Below are positions 13,840-26,843 of a stretch of 64,000 nucleotides of DNA, one piece after another. The stretch is from assembly GCA_021613535.1 (NCBI GenBank), contig CP075496.1:7502001-7566000 (forward strand), written 5' to 3'. A program made the position numbers and the translations under genes. The stretch is from Adineta vaga. Lineage: Eukaryota; Animalia; Rotifera. The stretch's first letter is position 1. Every line of letters begins with the position of its first letter. Below the pieces are notes generated by a model. The model had not been told where the DNA came from. It did no database searches and worked only from the letters and a program-made list of their open reading frames with translations.

Positions 13840-15209
13840 TTAAGCTTCATCACGAACAGTTAGTTTCTCAGCCATAATACCTTTACCTCTGGATGTAACA
13901 TTAAATTCTACTGATTGACCTTCTTCTAATGATGTTAAACCGTCAGGTAAATTTTTGACGTGAATAAAAACATCAGGTTCACCATTATCTCGTTGTAAAA
14001 ATCCATAACCTTTTTCAGATAACCATCTAGAACAAAACAAAGATCGATTTGTTAGTTCATGAAGATAGACAAGATTTCAGAAAGAAATACTTTCGAACAG
14101 TGCCGGTGCAACGTTTATCGGAATCAACAGTTTCTCGCTCTTCAACTGGTGAATCATCTTCATTTGAAATAGTTACATCACGTGCTTCTTCGCCTTTATC
14201 GGTTTGTTGAATTGTATATTGAACTATTTGACCCTAGATGAACGAAAAATGCATACATTAATTGTTCATATACGACCCAATCAAAACTTACTTCGCTTAA
14301 TGCACGTAAACCATTTCTGAGACTTCGAGCATGACAAAAGAGATCTGGACCACCATTATTTCGACGAATAAAACCAAATCCTCGTTCATCTGTCCATCTT
14401 TTAACAGAACCTATTTCACGTTTTCCATTTCCACTTGTTTGATTTCGTCTCGAAGAAAAAAAATCATCTGTTGTTTTACCAGTTAGTCCTGAACTGTAGT
14501 CAAATGATTTATCAGCTGCTGCAGAATCACGTCCAAACGAATGTAATTTCGATGATGTCGTACCACCAAAACGATATTCTGATGGTGATGATTGATTTCG
14601 TGAATTACCACCAAAACCAAATCTTGATGAAGTAGAGTTATTGTCGGACGAACCACCGATGAATGATGAACGACTTGTTCCATTGTTAACAATATTAACA
14701 TCCTAATAATAACAAAATATCAAAATCTAATTCAATTGTAGAATCTTTTTTATGTAAAAGAAATGTTTAATACGTAAGGAATTTTAAATTATTGAAATTG
14801 AATATTATTTATTCAATTTTACACAAATGTAACGATTGAACTTACTTTTGCTTCAAGTCCTTTTTCACCTTGTACAGTTGAAAATTCAACTTCTTGTCCT
14901 TCTTCCAATGTTCTGAAACCGGTTGCATTTATACTTTTAAAGCTTTAAAATAAATACATTAGAATAATTCAAATTCAATCGATAATATTCAACATACTGA
15001 ACAAAACAATCAGTTCCATCCTTGTTATTTGATATAAAACCATAACCTTTATCTTTTGAGAATCGTTTAACAATGCCTGTTTCACGATCACTTGAAGTGT
15101 TTTGGGTTGGACTCGATTCCATTGTACTTAATGAACGAAGAAAATGTTGTTGATAATGACGGATTGGACGAACAGATGTGAGAAGACGACCAAATACGTT
15201 CGATAACAT
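13840..15209 (-). CDS. Triple cold-shock-domain RNA-binding protein with mitochondrial-type presequence (~349 aa)
   Basis: Exons 15209-14998, 14942-14846, 14702-14292, 14233-14091, 14026-13840. Three CSDs with RNP1/RNP2: KGYGFI..DCFVH, RGFGFI..DLFCH, KGYGFL..DVFIH. Confidence 0.88.
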
Positions 15210-15297
15210 ATCCTATCTAAAACAATTTCAATTAGAAATAAACTTCAAAGAGAAAAAGAATGAAATTTATTTTTATTTGAAAAAAAGAAACAAGAAA
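15210..15297 (-). promoter_or_regulatory. Intercistronic-like spacer: polyA signals followed by an unpaired 3' splice acceptor
   Basis: AATAAA at 15277-15272 and 15271-15266, U-rich tract, then TTTTAG (15222-15217) 7 nt before the ATG. Confidence 0.55.
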
Positions 15298-18200
15298 TTA
15301 TTTCTTTAGACGTTCATTATTCCAATCATGTATCGACATTAATTTAAAAGATATCTTCATTGTTTCACTTCGGAATGAACAGACTTTGAATTCATCAAGG
15401 AATTTTGTGAATGTATAGTAAAATTGTCGATGTCGACTGAGCGTTTGTTCGTCAATTTGAAAACCAATTGAATAAAATCTTTCAAGATTCTTTTCTCGTA
15501 TTTCAACTTTAGTATCTGTTTGAACAAATAAATGACATTCATCTTCGCAATCGGTTAAAAAATGTGCTAAACGAGATTTCATATAGCCAACCCATTGATT
15601 TAATTCATTGATCGTTTGACCAGATAATGATAATTGAATAATCGATTGAATTGTTTTCTTTGGAAATTGAGTTGGAAGTTGAAGAATTTCTTTAAGATTA
15701 TCTTCACAATTCGTTGTTTTTTCAAGTATTTGATATGCTTGTTGAAAACCTTGAGTAATCATATCACGAGTAGAATTTATTGTTGAGCGTGCACTGTTTT
15801 GAAAAGGTGGTGATGGACATAGTATACGCATTGAACCACGATTATCCACTGTTGATTGATCATGATAATGAAGTTTTGCAGATAAACAAAGTGATTCATG
15901 TAACCAATTGAAATGAGAATAGAATGTAAAGAATTGTTTAACTAAATTAAAGAATTGTTCAATGGAAAGAGTTGATTGATTTTCTGGTAGATATTGATGA
16001 CAAATATATGCACATAGAATTGCCCAAGAATAACCACCTAGATAACCGTAGACTTGTCCATAAAAACCGATATGTTGAGCCCAAGTACGTATATATGTTA
16101 ATAAATATTGAAAGATAAGTGGAGAACGAACATAAACTATAAGACGTTCGATATCATGCACCTAAAAACATGGAGAAAAAAGATATTGAATGAATAATTT
16201 TTTAAATTAGTTATCTTACGCCGTGTATTGGTTCGTGAAAATTGGAAAGTAAATTTGTTTCATTTAATATAGAAGCTTCTTTAATTTGTACAAATATTTC
16301 TACTCGGATTTGATCAGTAAAGAGAATGGAAAGAATCGGATAGAGTGCTTGAATTCTTCGACAATCAATGATTTCTACATTGAAAATATCTTGTATTGTT
16401 TTTTCCAGTAAAATCAATACACAATTTGTTAATTCAGATGGATCATATCGTAATCGAAGAAATTTTTGATCGAGATTAGTTGGATTATTAATAGATCTAT
16501 GTTCACATAAAACAAATACAATATCCAGATCTTCGCCATTTAAACCCTAAAGATGAAGATATTAAGTGTCTTTCTATAACACAAACTTACAAGACGAAAA
16601 CTTCCATATGGAAGAATTAGACATGTATAACAGTGTAATGTATTTGAATTAAACATTTCTTCGAAACAAATTGATAATCGATGTAATTTCTCATGCTTCA
16701 ATTCATAGGATTGTTCGCTTTCATAAAGCTTCATTTGATGAAAAAATCTTTTCAATTCAGAATCAATACCAAACAATTGTTTGAAATTAATCGGTTCAAG
16801 TATTGGACCTAATGGTAATTGATGAGTTACATGGAATGATGATGTATGATTTTGAATTGACTGTTCTATGATAGAAATATATTGCACAGGAAATCGAATT
16901 GAATTGTTTAAAGCTAAAGAAAATGAAGTTAGACATAACTGTAAACTTTGTTATGACTTACATAGTGTTGATTTGACTTGATTTAATCGTTTATTTGTAT
17001 CAAATTGTGCAATTCTTATATGTGGATTGTATATGATTGTGTTGTTTGATAAACATTGTGAGAAGAGTTGTTGAATTTGTTCATATAATTCCTTAGTAGA
17101 TTGTGTTGATGATGAATTTAGTTTTAAGAAAATCGTTCGATCTTCTGTTGATGAATCGATTTCATCGATAACAATTTCAAATGATTTATATTGAGCAAAA
17201 AGTAATCGTAAAGGTAAAAGAATATTGTCTTCATCATCTTCATTATTAATTAAATCAAAAAATGGCGAAAATAACTTAAGATGTAATGGCCATTGATCCA
17301 ATGATAAATCATGTTGTTCACGAAATGTTTCAATAACGGAATCCATTTTTTCCGGAGGTAAAATTGCAAGCATTGATCGTTGATTCATTGATCGTGTTCG
17401 AAAGTTGATTATCAACTGTAATCCGAAATGATCAGATTGATGAATACGTTTATGATTTTGAGAATCGATCGAAATAGTTTCAAGGCCAACCATATTGAGA
17501 TGTTCAATTGAATATGAAAGATTATGCAATGTATGAAGTAAATATCGATCAAGACGAAGACTCTCTTTTGATTTTGATGTTATTTGAGCACAAGAATTAC
17601 GTGTTGGATCAAATGTATAACCCGAATTCTAAAATAAAATTTGTTTGTTTTCAAAAATAAATCGGTAAGAAAATGAAAAGAGAATTTTACCTCGTCAATA
17701 TCATAAATATCTTTCCATAAATCATGTATTTGATATTGATATTTTTGAAGTAGATATTGTTCTTTGGAATGATGATCACCAAAATTCAAATCTCCAATTA
17801 ACATATAATTTTGTGTATTCATTGTTTTAAGAAAATATTCTAATACTTGACAACGTTTTTCTATCGCATCATATGAACAATCACTATGTAAATGAAGATT
17901 AACGAGATCTATTGTTATATTTGAATTTAATCCAAATCTTGCAATGATATATTCTTTCGTATATTTTCGTTTTCCATTCGATACATTGTCCAATAATTGA
18001 AGTGAAGAAATCGTAAATGCTCGTGCTCGAAAACTTTTTGTTAATATCAATTGTCCATAGGCTTGTTTTTGTTTACAATCAAGAATATTTCCCATAATAA
18101 TAATATAATAATTATTTTCTTGTAACCATAGTTCATTCATAAGAAGATTAAGAAAATCTAAAGTTACTTCTTGTAAACAAATAATATCTGGTAAGAATGA

Positions 18201-19256
18201 TTTTAATGTTTTCAATATTTCTGGATATCGAAGATTTGTATAGATTGATTCGGAATGAAAATAATTGAAAAGAATATTCCAGGTTATAATTCGACACCGC
18301 TTTGGAATACACATATTATCTGGAGATGGAATGCTAAAATTATCAGATGCTATGTTCACATGTACACATAAATTCCATTGATGAGTTGATCGATCATATT
18401 CATACATTCCTTCGATTAGATTCACAGGTTCTTGCTCAACATCGACTAAAAGTGCTATTTATAAATGTTTATCAATATTCGACATTTACTTGTTCTAAAT
18501 GCAAACTTCTCTCACTTACTCGGAGTATTTTCAAGATGAATTTCACTTCCAGTTAAAATATCCACTTTCTTTATTCGATCCCAAACGACTTGTCCATCGA
18601 TTTTATAATACCGAATTCGATGCATTGGAATACCATACTAATCAATCGAAATATTGTACATAAAGAAACTGTTTTTTTTTCTATATTCTTACTTCATCTT
18701 GATGAACTTTTTTAAATTCATTGAATATTATTTCATGAATACCAGTGAAACGATCTTCGTAACCAATGATGACTTTCGAACGATCGATTGTTGGATCATG
18801 TGCTAGGCGATTAAATATTAAATCAGCTCCACGAAATTTTTCTATGGGAGTTGAGGCATTTTCTCTTGATATTGCTATCGATGAAAATGATTGTGATTCA
18901 GAAGATTTTGATTTTGAGAGTTGTGAAAGATATTCCTGCATGGATTGAACAATTGAATAGAGAGAAGTATTAGAATTGGATTGTTGAATAAGTTTTTGAA
19001 AATAATCTTGAGTTTGGGTCCATTGTTCATTTGTCAATGAATCTTTATTTATTATTTTTAAATCATGAATATCATTGATTGTAAGAGATGATTCTGTCGA
19101 TAAAGTTAATGAATCAATAAAACATGTGATATAAATATTATATTCGAGTTTGAGACAAATTTGATCGAAATCTCCAGCTGATCGAATCTGAAGATCGTCA
19201 TCGAATTGAAGTATCGAACGAAGTAAAGTGAATTGGTCGGTACCAGTTTTTGACAT
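15298..19256 (-). CDS. Multidomain RNA end-processing protein: RWD-like + MJ1316/DUF504 + EEP phosphoesterase + 2H phosphoesterase + poly(A) polymerase-like nucleotidyltransferase (~1205 aa)
   Basis: 7 exons (19256-18693, 18637-18520, 18445-17691, 17628-16962, 16913-16591, 16546-16220, 16161-15298) give one 1206-codon frame. Motifs: IIGYEDRFTG..IPMHRIRYYK..VWDR; TWNIL, LQEV, GDLN, LDR, SDH; WPLHL / YNPHI; YGSFRLG..DLD; TWAQHIGFYGQVYGYLGGYSWAIL. Confidence 0.88.
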
Positions 19257-20157
19257 TATAGAAATTGATGAATTCTATCCAATAACGTTGGAATAATTGA
19301 TATGCATACGAATGACTAAAAAATTCGTCTTTCATTTGTTAGTTTTATTTCAAAAAAATGAACCGTAATAAATTGTATTTATGAGAGAAAGTACTTTCAA
19401 ATATATAGCATAGCAGTAACAAGAAACCAATCTCTATAAAAACTCTCTAGTGGATGATTCATAGAGGATGCTTTAACTAGAATTGAAACGAAATACTATC
19501 ACTCTTAGAAAGCAAAAAAATGAAGCACATTTCCTTGAATTTTTATTTGAAAAGAAAAAAACAACGAGAAAACATTTTTTTAAATATTTTTATTTTCATT
19601 CACGAGAGATGTCGCTCGATGATGATTGATTATTGCAAATTCATATACAATTAGATATTATAATATACTATGTTGAAGTTTCGAAGTCTTTCGTCTAGAA
19701 TTTGATATTTCAAATAAATTTTAATGATTTCCTTCAGCACACCGGTGTTCTTTTACTCCCATGGATAAGATGTTATGTTCAAGAATTTTTCGTTAGTTCA
19801 TCTATTGATTATAAGAAGACATCCATTACAAGGGCAGTGAGACTGTTTCATTTCTTTTTATATCGAAGCGACTTATTGTAATTCTTTTTTAATTAAATTC
19901 TATACGCATGAAAGACGTGATGTTACTTCAAGTTTTGATGTGGTGTTTTTAATAAAATTTATTTCTATTAAACTACATATGAGTACACAATTAACATCTA
20001 TCTCAATATACTAAAATAAAAATTCTTTGACTTTTTTCTCTATTTTTTGTATGAAAAATATATAAGCTGCTGGCATAAGGCTGCGGAAGACGCTATTTAC
20101 AGCTATGCTAGACGTAGATAGATAAATAAATAAATATATATATATATATGATTGGTT

Positions 20158-22113
20158 TTAATTGAATGAGCGATAGACAACACGACCATTCAATGGCATT
20201 GTAGGTCGAAAATTTTGATGATTATATCCATTTTTTGAATGATCACCTCTACAAGTATGTTTCAAATGCCGTAATTGTTCAAACTATAGAATACATTTAT
20301 TATCATGATTTGAATATTTATCAAAATATTTACTTGACGCCGAGAGAGACCTGTTTTTTCACGAAAAACCATCCAACGTACACTTTCAGCACACATTGGT
20401 GTTGTTAAAGAACCATCATATGTATAATAGCTTTGCATATCCTCTAAAATATAATAAAAATTTCAAAACAAAATATTCATATATAATTTTATCTAATGAA
20501 TTATACTTGGTAGTAAACTTTTTAATGAAACTGTTCCAAAATCTAAATCAATTTTTTCACCTCTGTGAGTGATTTTTGGAAATAAATCCAATAATCTACC
20601 AAGTTTTTGATTATCAGATGAAGCAATCTAAACATCATATGTTTTGCTTTTTTTAAACATTATTTCATTTTTTATTTGTTCCTACTTTTATCAATACAGC
20701 AAATACCATTAAACCGTCAAATTTTTCAGAGGCTGCTGCAGCTTGTGGTGTACTATATCTACTTGTATTCCATGTTACAATATGTAACTAAAAACTCATA
20801 ATGTTTTGAATTTCAGTAATAAAAGACAAAAGAATCGCTACATACTTCACCAGGTAAACGAATACCATCAACAACATGTTCAGCACCTTCGAGATCATTT
20901 GAGCCCCAATGTATGTGAAATTGAAGAAATCGATATTCATCAAGTACAGGTCCACCAGTAATCGCTATTGAAAGAAAACGTAGATTAATTTACCTGAATA
21001 ATGAAAGATATAAGAGAAAAATATACTTACAACTGTAACCTTTACCAGCTACTTGAAAGCAAAATCCAATATTTTCAAGTGTTTGACAACAATCTTCATC
21101 TGCATCGAATACTAATGGTTGTTGAGCAAGTTGCGCATCATATTCACATTGATCTGTATAGATTCGAATTGGTGATTGAAATTTTTTACAAGCTATTTCA
21201 GGAAATAATTGATTCCACATATTTGGACCTATAAAAATCGATACAAGTCTTGCAAAACAATCCATTGAGAAGATAAAACTTTACAATGTATAAATTTCAT
21301 TTACAGTCAAATGAGAGTTACTCTTGACAACAGTCATTACAATTCTCTATTGATGTTTAATCATGCTTATTATATAAAGGTATAAATCGAAAGAAGGAGG
21401 AATCCGGAAAAACATGACAATATTAAAATTTCTTTTAATGAGTTTTTTCATAATCCTATTTATCGATGATGATGGTTAAAGAGTGTGTAGAAAATTCAAG
21501 ATTATTTTTTGAAAAAAGTGATTTTATGAACGAGAAAAACAGTTGAATAATTGAGGTGCAAAGAGAAATCTTAATATTCGAAAATAAAAGTATGAATTCA
21601 GGATGTTATCATTTGATTTTTCTTTTCATAATATTAATTAATTTTTCTTTTAATAACTTCATTCAAGATGACCTTGTTTTGATAAACAACTTAATTGAAA
21701 AATTATGAAGGAAATCACTTTTTTCTTACCGTGAGTTACTGAATAATCCCATTTCATTGGTTGTATTGTACTTGGTTTGTCTTCGATAATAGGATTCTTG
21801 TCTTGTTCACCATATCGATATGTTACTTTTGGAGATCGAGCTGGTGATGAAAGAGGATTTTCTTTCTTTTTGTATTGTTCTATTGCTTGAGTGGATCGAC
21901 GAATTTGTATTTCAAGATCACCCATTTCGATTAATATTGATGTTAAAAGAAGTGATTGAGGTTGATTCTGTATAATTTTCAGTATTAATAAAATTCAGAG
22001 AAACTTTTCTGGAAACTTACGATTGGTGCTTGTTTTAAATTAATTGCAACTCGATCATTTCCACTTCCGACTACTATCGATTGTGCATCATCGTCGACCA
22101 TCGCTGTTGCCAT
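20158..22113 (-). CDS. Alpha-carbonic anhydrase with ~100-aa N-terminal extension
   Basis: Exon ending KWDYSVTHG (21730) splices to GPNMWNQLFP (21228). QSPI, QFHIHWG, EHVVDG, GELHIV, YDGSLTTP and NFRP motifs present; three Zn-ligand His intact. Confidence 0.9.
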
Positions 22114-25100
22114 AAGCCCTATGTTTTCAAATAAAAGAATCAATAAATTCAAGTTGAAGATAATCTTTGTTCTTTTGTTTCTATATTATTGAATGGAACT
22201 GTAGTTATATAGTGTCACAAAAAAATCAGAGAGAGAGAGAGAGAATAAGATTTAGTTCTTATTGGCATTTTTCGCTTATTGTTACTAAGATTTTTCTTGT
22301 GTGATCATTAGGATGCGCGTGCATACCTTTACAATCCCTAAAATAATGGAAGTAAACAACGGCGAGAGCGTGAGAGTAAGAAAGAAAGAAAGATAGAAAA
22401 CATCGTAACATGCAGACTTCCTCTCCTCTCATGCGCACTATTGATCAGATAATTATTTTGCTGAAACGATAAGAGAAAGAGTAGTTCAGTATCAAGTAGT
22501 TACTGTTACCTTATGCATAAACCAAATCAAGCGTCATGAAGATTTGTTATAGTATGTTTTTTGAAATAAAAAAGACATCAAAAATGTTTGTACCTTTTTT
22601 TTCTTGATATTTTGGATAAAATAGAGTAATAAAATTAAAGAGCAAAACTATTTTCTTCTCGATGCATATGTCAAACATGCGAGAGATTATTTGAGATCTG
22701 TTTTTTATCAAAAATATCTTATAAAAAATTCAATAAAAGAATATTGAATTGAAAACTAGATTAAAAAGAATATTTGATATAATAGTTAAAATAAATAATA
22801 AATTGATAACGACTCTGATTACTCAAAATAATAGGATCCCTGTATCACCCGATGAAGAAAATTCTCTGGGATGGAAGAGAAAAAATAACACGGAAGTTGA
22901 TCGAAGGAAATTCCAAAGAATTGCAATTCTTATTTAATCATCTCTTCTTTTTTTGTCTGATGTCATGATTGTTTTGACAAAGTGATACTAAAAAAGAATC
23001 GATTCTAAATTTTGACACTGATGGTCCTTGTGATTAATAAGTGAGCAACATTTCCTTCTGCTCTATGAACCAAAGTAGAATATAAATTTTAAGCTGTCGT
23101 TTTCAACTAATGGGAACAATCTGACACTGAGTATATTTATAATGTGTAATCTGATCTATACATATCAAGCGAATAAAGATTGCTCAATTGACACGATCAA
23201 AATCTATGTACCTATACTGTTTTCGTGACTATAACTCTTCGTGTGGAATGAACTGTCGTCCTGTATGCCTTGAAAATATTGTTCCTGTAGCGAAGCAATG
23301 AGACATGATGTATTATTTTCTCCTCACAAAATGGAGATAAAGAAAAGACGTTTTACTGCTTCGATTAATTCACAAATTACAGGAAATAGTTTCAATCAAC
23401 TATTGAAAGGCTATATATTGAAACTACTCAATAACAAACTCTGTTTTCAAGGAAATATAGCATCAATGATCAAATACAAACTGGTAATATTTCACCCTAT
23501 TTTTACTTTTCCATCACGATTCTTTTCTTTTATTCTATGGAACTTTAATAATTTTATCTATCTTGGAAAAAAATATGCATAATTTGTTGTAACATAAATT
23601 CTTTTGAATTCAATTGAAAACTATCAATATTCACTGAATTACAAGAAACAACGATGTTTTTAGTCCAATTTATCCTTTTACTTGTCCATTCAACAATGTA
23701 TTAACGGATTGTATGATGTTGTTTGCCAACGAACTGTTTACTACACATTGAAGAAATCTATTTTACATAGGTATGAGTTCGTCTAAAAGATAAGTATACT
23801 ACGGTAACGTCGATCAACCTTTTATTCCTTTAATGCTTCGATGGACTATTTTTATCGTTGATAAACTTAATGTTATGAATATTTTTTGCATCTGACATTT
23901 CAAAATTGATTAGCAAAGGGTAGAATAATCTTACAAACGAACTATCATCACATAACAATTCACTCCACATGTTTAGAATTGATTACTTTTTATTAAATCG
24001 AGTACTATATGAACTTATTCAATCTTTTGTTATTTAATCACGAATCATTAGCTTATCATCTGTCCGAATCGCGATATGTGTAACAAAAACTATGCTGTAA
24101 ATACTTTGATATATATATATATATATGACATTTTTGTGAATAAAATATGCTATCTTTTGTTCTATATTAAATTCCTCACGCTTTTCTAGTCAGATTACAT
24201 TACCCTTGGAAGAAAAACCAGAAATTATTGTGAGATGAAAATGTTGATTAGAGATTTACATTTCCGAGAAAGGAACATAAGTTTTTAAGAGATTTTCTAT
24301 GGTCCTGTTGGTTAAATATTGGTTAGAAAACTATTAATCATACATAAATACAAGTAAATCGTTCTAATAGGTAACGAATATTTAAAAATTTTATGTTTTT
24401 GTTTCTAACTTACATGGAAGTATTTCTCAGGTGTTAAAAACACTTTTTTTTTATAAACGCATTCCTTCAGATAGACAATCACATCGAATGACAATAAAAT
24501 GCCTTTTATTCACACTTGGCTCGTTTAATTTAGGTTGCGATATAAATAAAATTATTTTCTATTCCTCTTTTCCGATTAGATTGAAAAAAGATCAAATACT
24601 AACCATCTAATCCAATGTGAATATTGAGACATTCGACATAAGATTGCTGCCAATGGGCGTTGTTGTCGTTATCGATAAGAATTGTTCTGATGGAACTCGA
24701 TAGACTGGTCGACCTACTAAATAAGATTATTATGATTATGATTATTATTGTTGTTGTATTTATTCGTGATGCGATCGATTCGACACAGCGTTTAATAAAT
24801 TAAGTATAGATTCATCTATAAATAAAAATATACATATATGTATCATTCTGTATCATATATCTTTCACCTACGTAGTAATCAATTTAAAGGGTTTTCGATC
24901 TAACAGATTTTTAATATATTTCCTCGTTTTTATTAGATTTTGTCTTTTCTTACATTCTAACTTCTTTTATATTCATCATAGAATTAGATTTTTCCGTATT
25001 GAATTGTTTGCTAATAATATTTACATTGCTTTGGTAGTAGAAAAAAGAAATCGTTTATAATAAAAATGATATTAATGTATACGAAAAACAAGAAAATATC

Positions 25101-26843
25101 GACCGAAATGTTCATTTCATTTGATTCCAATCGCGAAGTACCAATATGGAATAGCTAAGTATCTGATTTCACTCACTGTACTCGATGACCTGTATGTGAC
25201 AGGATCAGGACAACTTTTCAGTAAAATCACAAAACTCCGAATGACTAGTGTAAGTGCAAATCGAAAGAACAGGCTAATAAGTAAATCGATAATAGAATGA
25301 ATCTTGTAAATCTAATGATGATCGGCAGTCGTCTAACTCTAGGCATTCTATCGAACATCTTTCTAGTTCTTTTTTTCTCTTTCTTGCCCTATTTTTCTCC
25401 AGTGCTTTTCTCGATGTTTGTTTCTCTTGGCAGTTAATAAACAAAATGAATACTTCTTATTAACTATCATTTATTTCTAGTTTCAAGTAAAGATGAGTAT
25501 GAAAATAATTGTTGATAAGATTTCCTTGATTATTATTGCCGAATATTATAATAGTTAGTTTAATCGATTAGCCCCCGGAGAATTTAATAGTCATTTTTCT
25601 ATCTTCATAAACCTTATAGGAAAGAAGAAGAAAAGCATTACACCACTCAAGAATTGTTAGTGTCGATAATATGTGCATCAAGGCACGTCAAGTCGAAGAC
25701 ATAATCATTACTTTCTACAACCTGTCATTATAAAAATGTGAATATTCCCTGTGAAAACTCTTGACATATCTAAATTGGTGAGTTGTCGCCCATTTATTTC
25801 GAGAGTAAACAAATAACCAGCAAAATAAATACAGACACTACAAGTAAACACACTTTTGATGTTCAAGAAGTAAACTGAAAAATAATCTGTCGAGGTAATT
25901 TGTCTTTCAAGTAACAATTAATTCAAAAAACACGAATAATTAATGTCTTTAGTAAAGGTAAAAAATCATCGATTGCTCAAAATAGAACCGTCGTCGGTCT
26001 GTTGTCACCTTGAATATATATATATATATATAATTTAAAAACATAGATTGTAATACAAAAATCATGTTTAATAGTATATTGAAAGTATAATTACAGATTA
26101 TCGATCAAGAAACGTTCGACATATTCATCGCCAAAATAGTTGAAACATAACATTATGTTTTTTTGTGACAGTTCTTATTGTCATTCCCGTATTCACAGAA
26201 AATCGTAATCGTAAAGATAATAAGTCAGTCATAATACTGATAAATAAGGAAATATAGACGAGACAATGGAATAGTATTTTACACAAACGTGCCAAGCCTT
26301 TCATCGTATATCTCTTTTAGTTCGAAGAAAAAACAGAGACAATGTGTTTGTTCACAAGTTCAACTTACTCGGTAATAGAAGAATATCGAATGATTGAAAG
26401 CTATAATCAGATATTCAACAGATTTATAGACATTTTATAATACTTGAGTGCTGCCATGTCGATTTCAATGATCAATTAAGTTAATATTTGGATTTTACAA
26501 TGACCAGAAATTCTATTCGTTCTTTTGCGAAAACTATTCATTAGCTTTATTTTCTAATAAATGCTTAAATGATACTTCAATCATGCAACTGACAAATTAA
26601 CTTGATCAGTATTAGAAATAAAACTAGAATCTAATAAAGTCTATCAGACTTTTTGGAATCTTAGAAAAATATGTCATGAGAATCCAAAATAGTCTAGTAG
26701 ACAAGATCAGTATTAAATGTTTCGTACGAAAAATCAATGAAACATTTATTAGAAGAAGTAATATTTATATGTACAACAAATATAAAATGTATTTTTCTAT
26801 CAACTTTACAATACCAAACATACATAAACAACAGAAAATCGCG

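Noticed and set aside
20990-21265. ATG at 21265 as the carbonic anhydrase start, and 21659-21925 as a separate gene
   Set aside because: The conserved W-x-Y...GP..W N-terminus forms only by splicing 21730 to 21228, so this is one gene.
22200-26800. Gene-poor 4.6 kb with scattered short ORFs, splice-like sites (24.6-24.9 kb) and small hairpins
   Set aside because: No consistent spliced frame, terminal repeats or recognisable motif; a lncRNA cannot be excluded.
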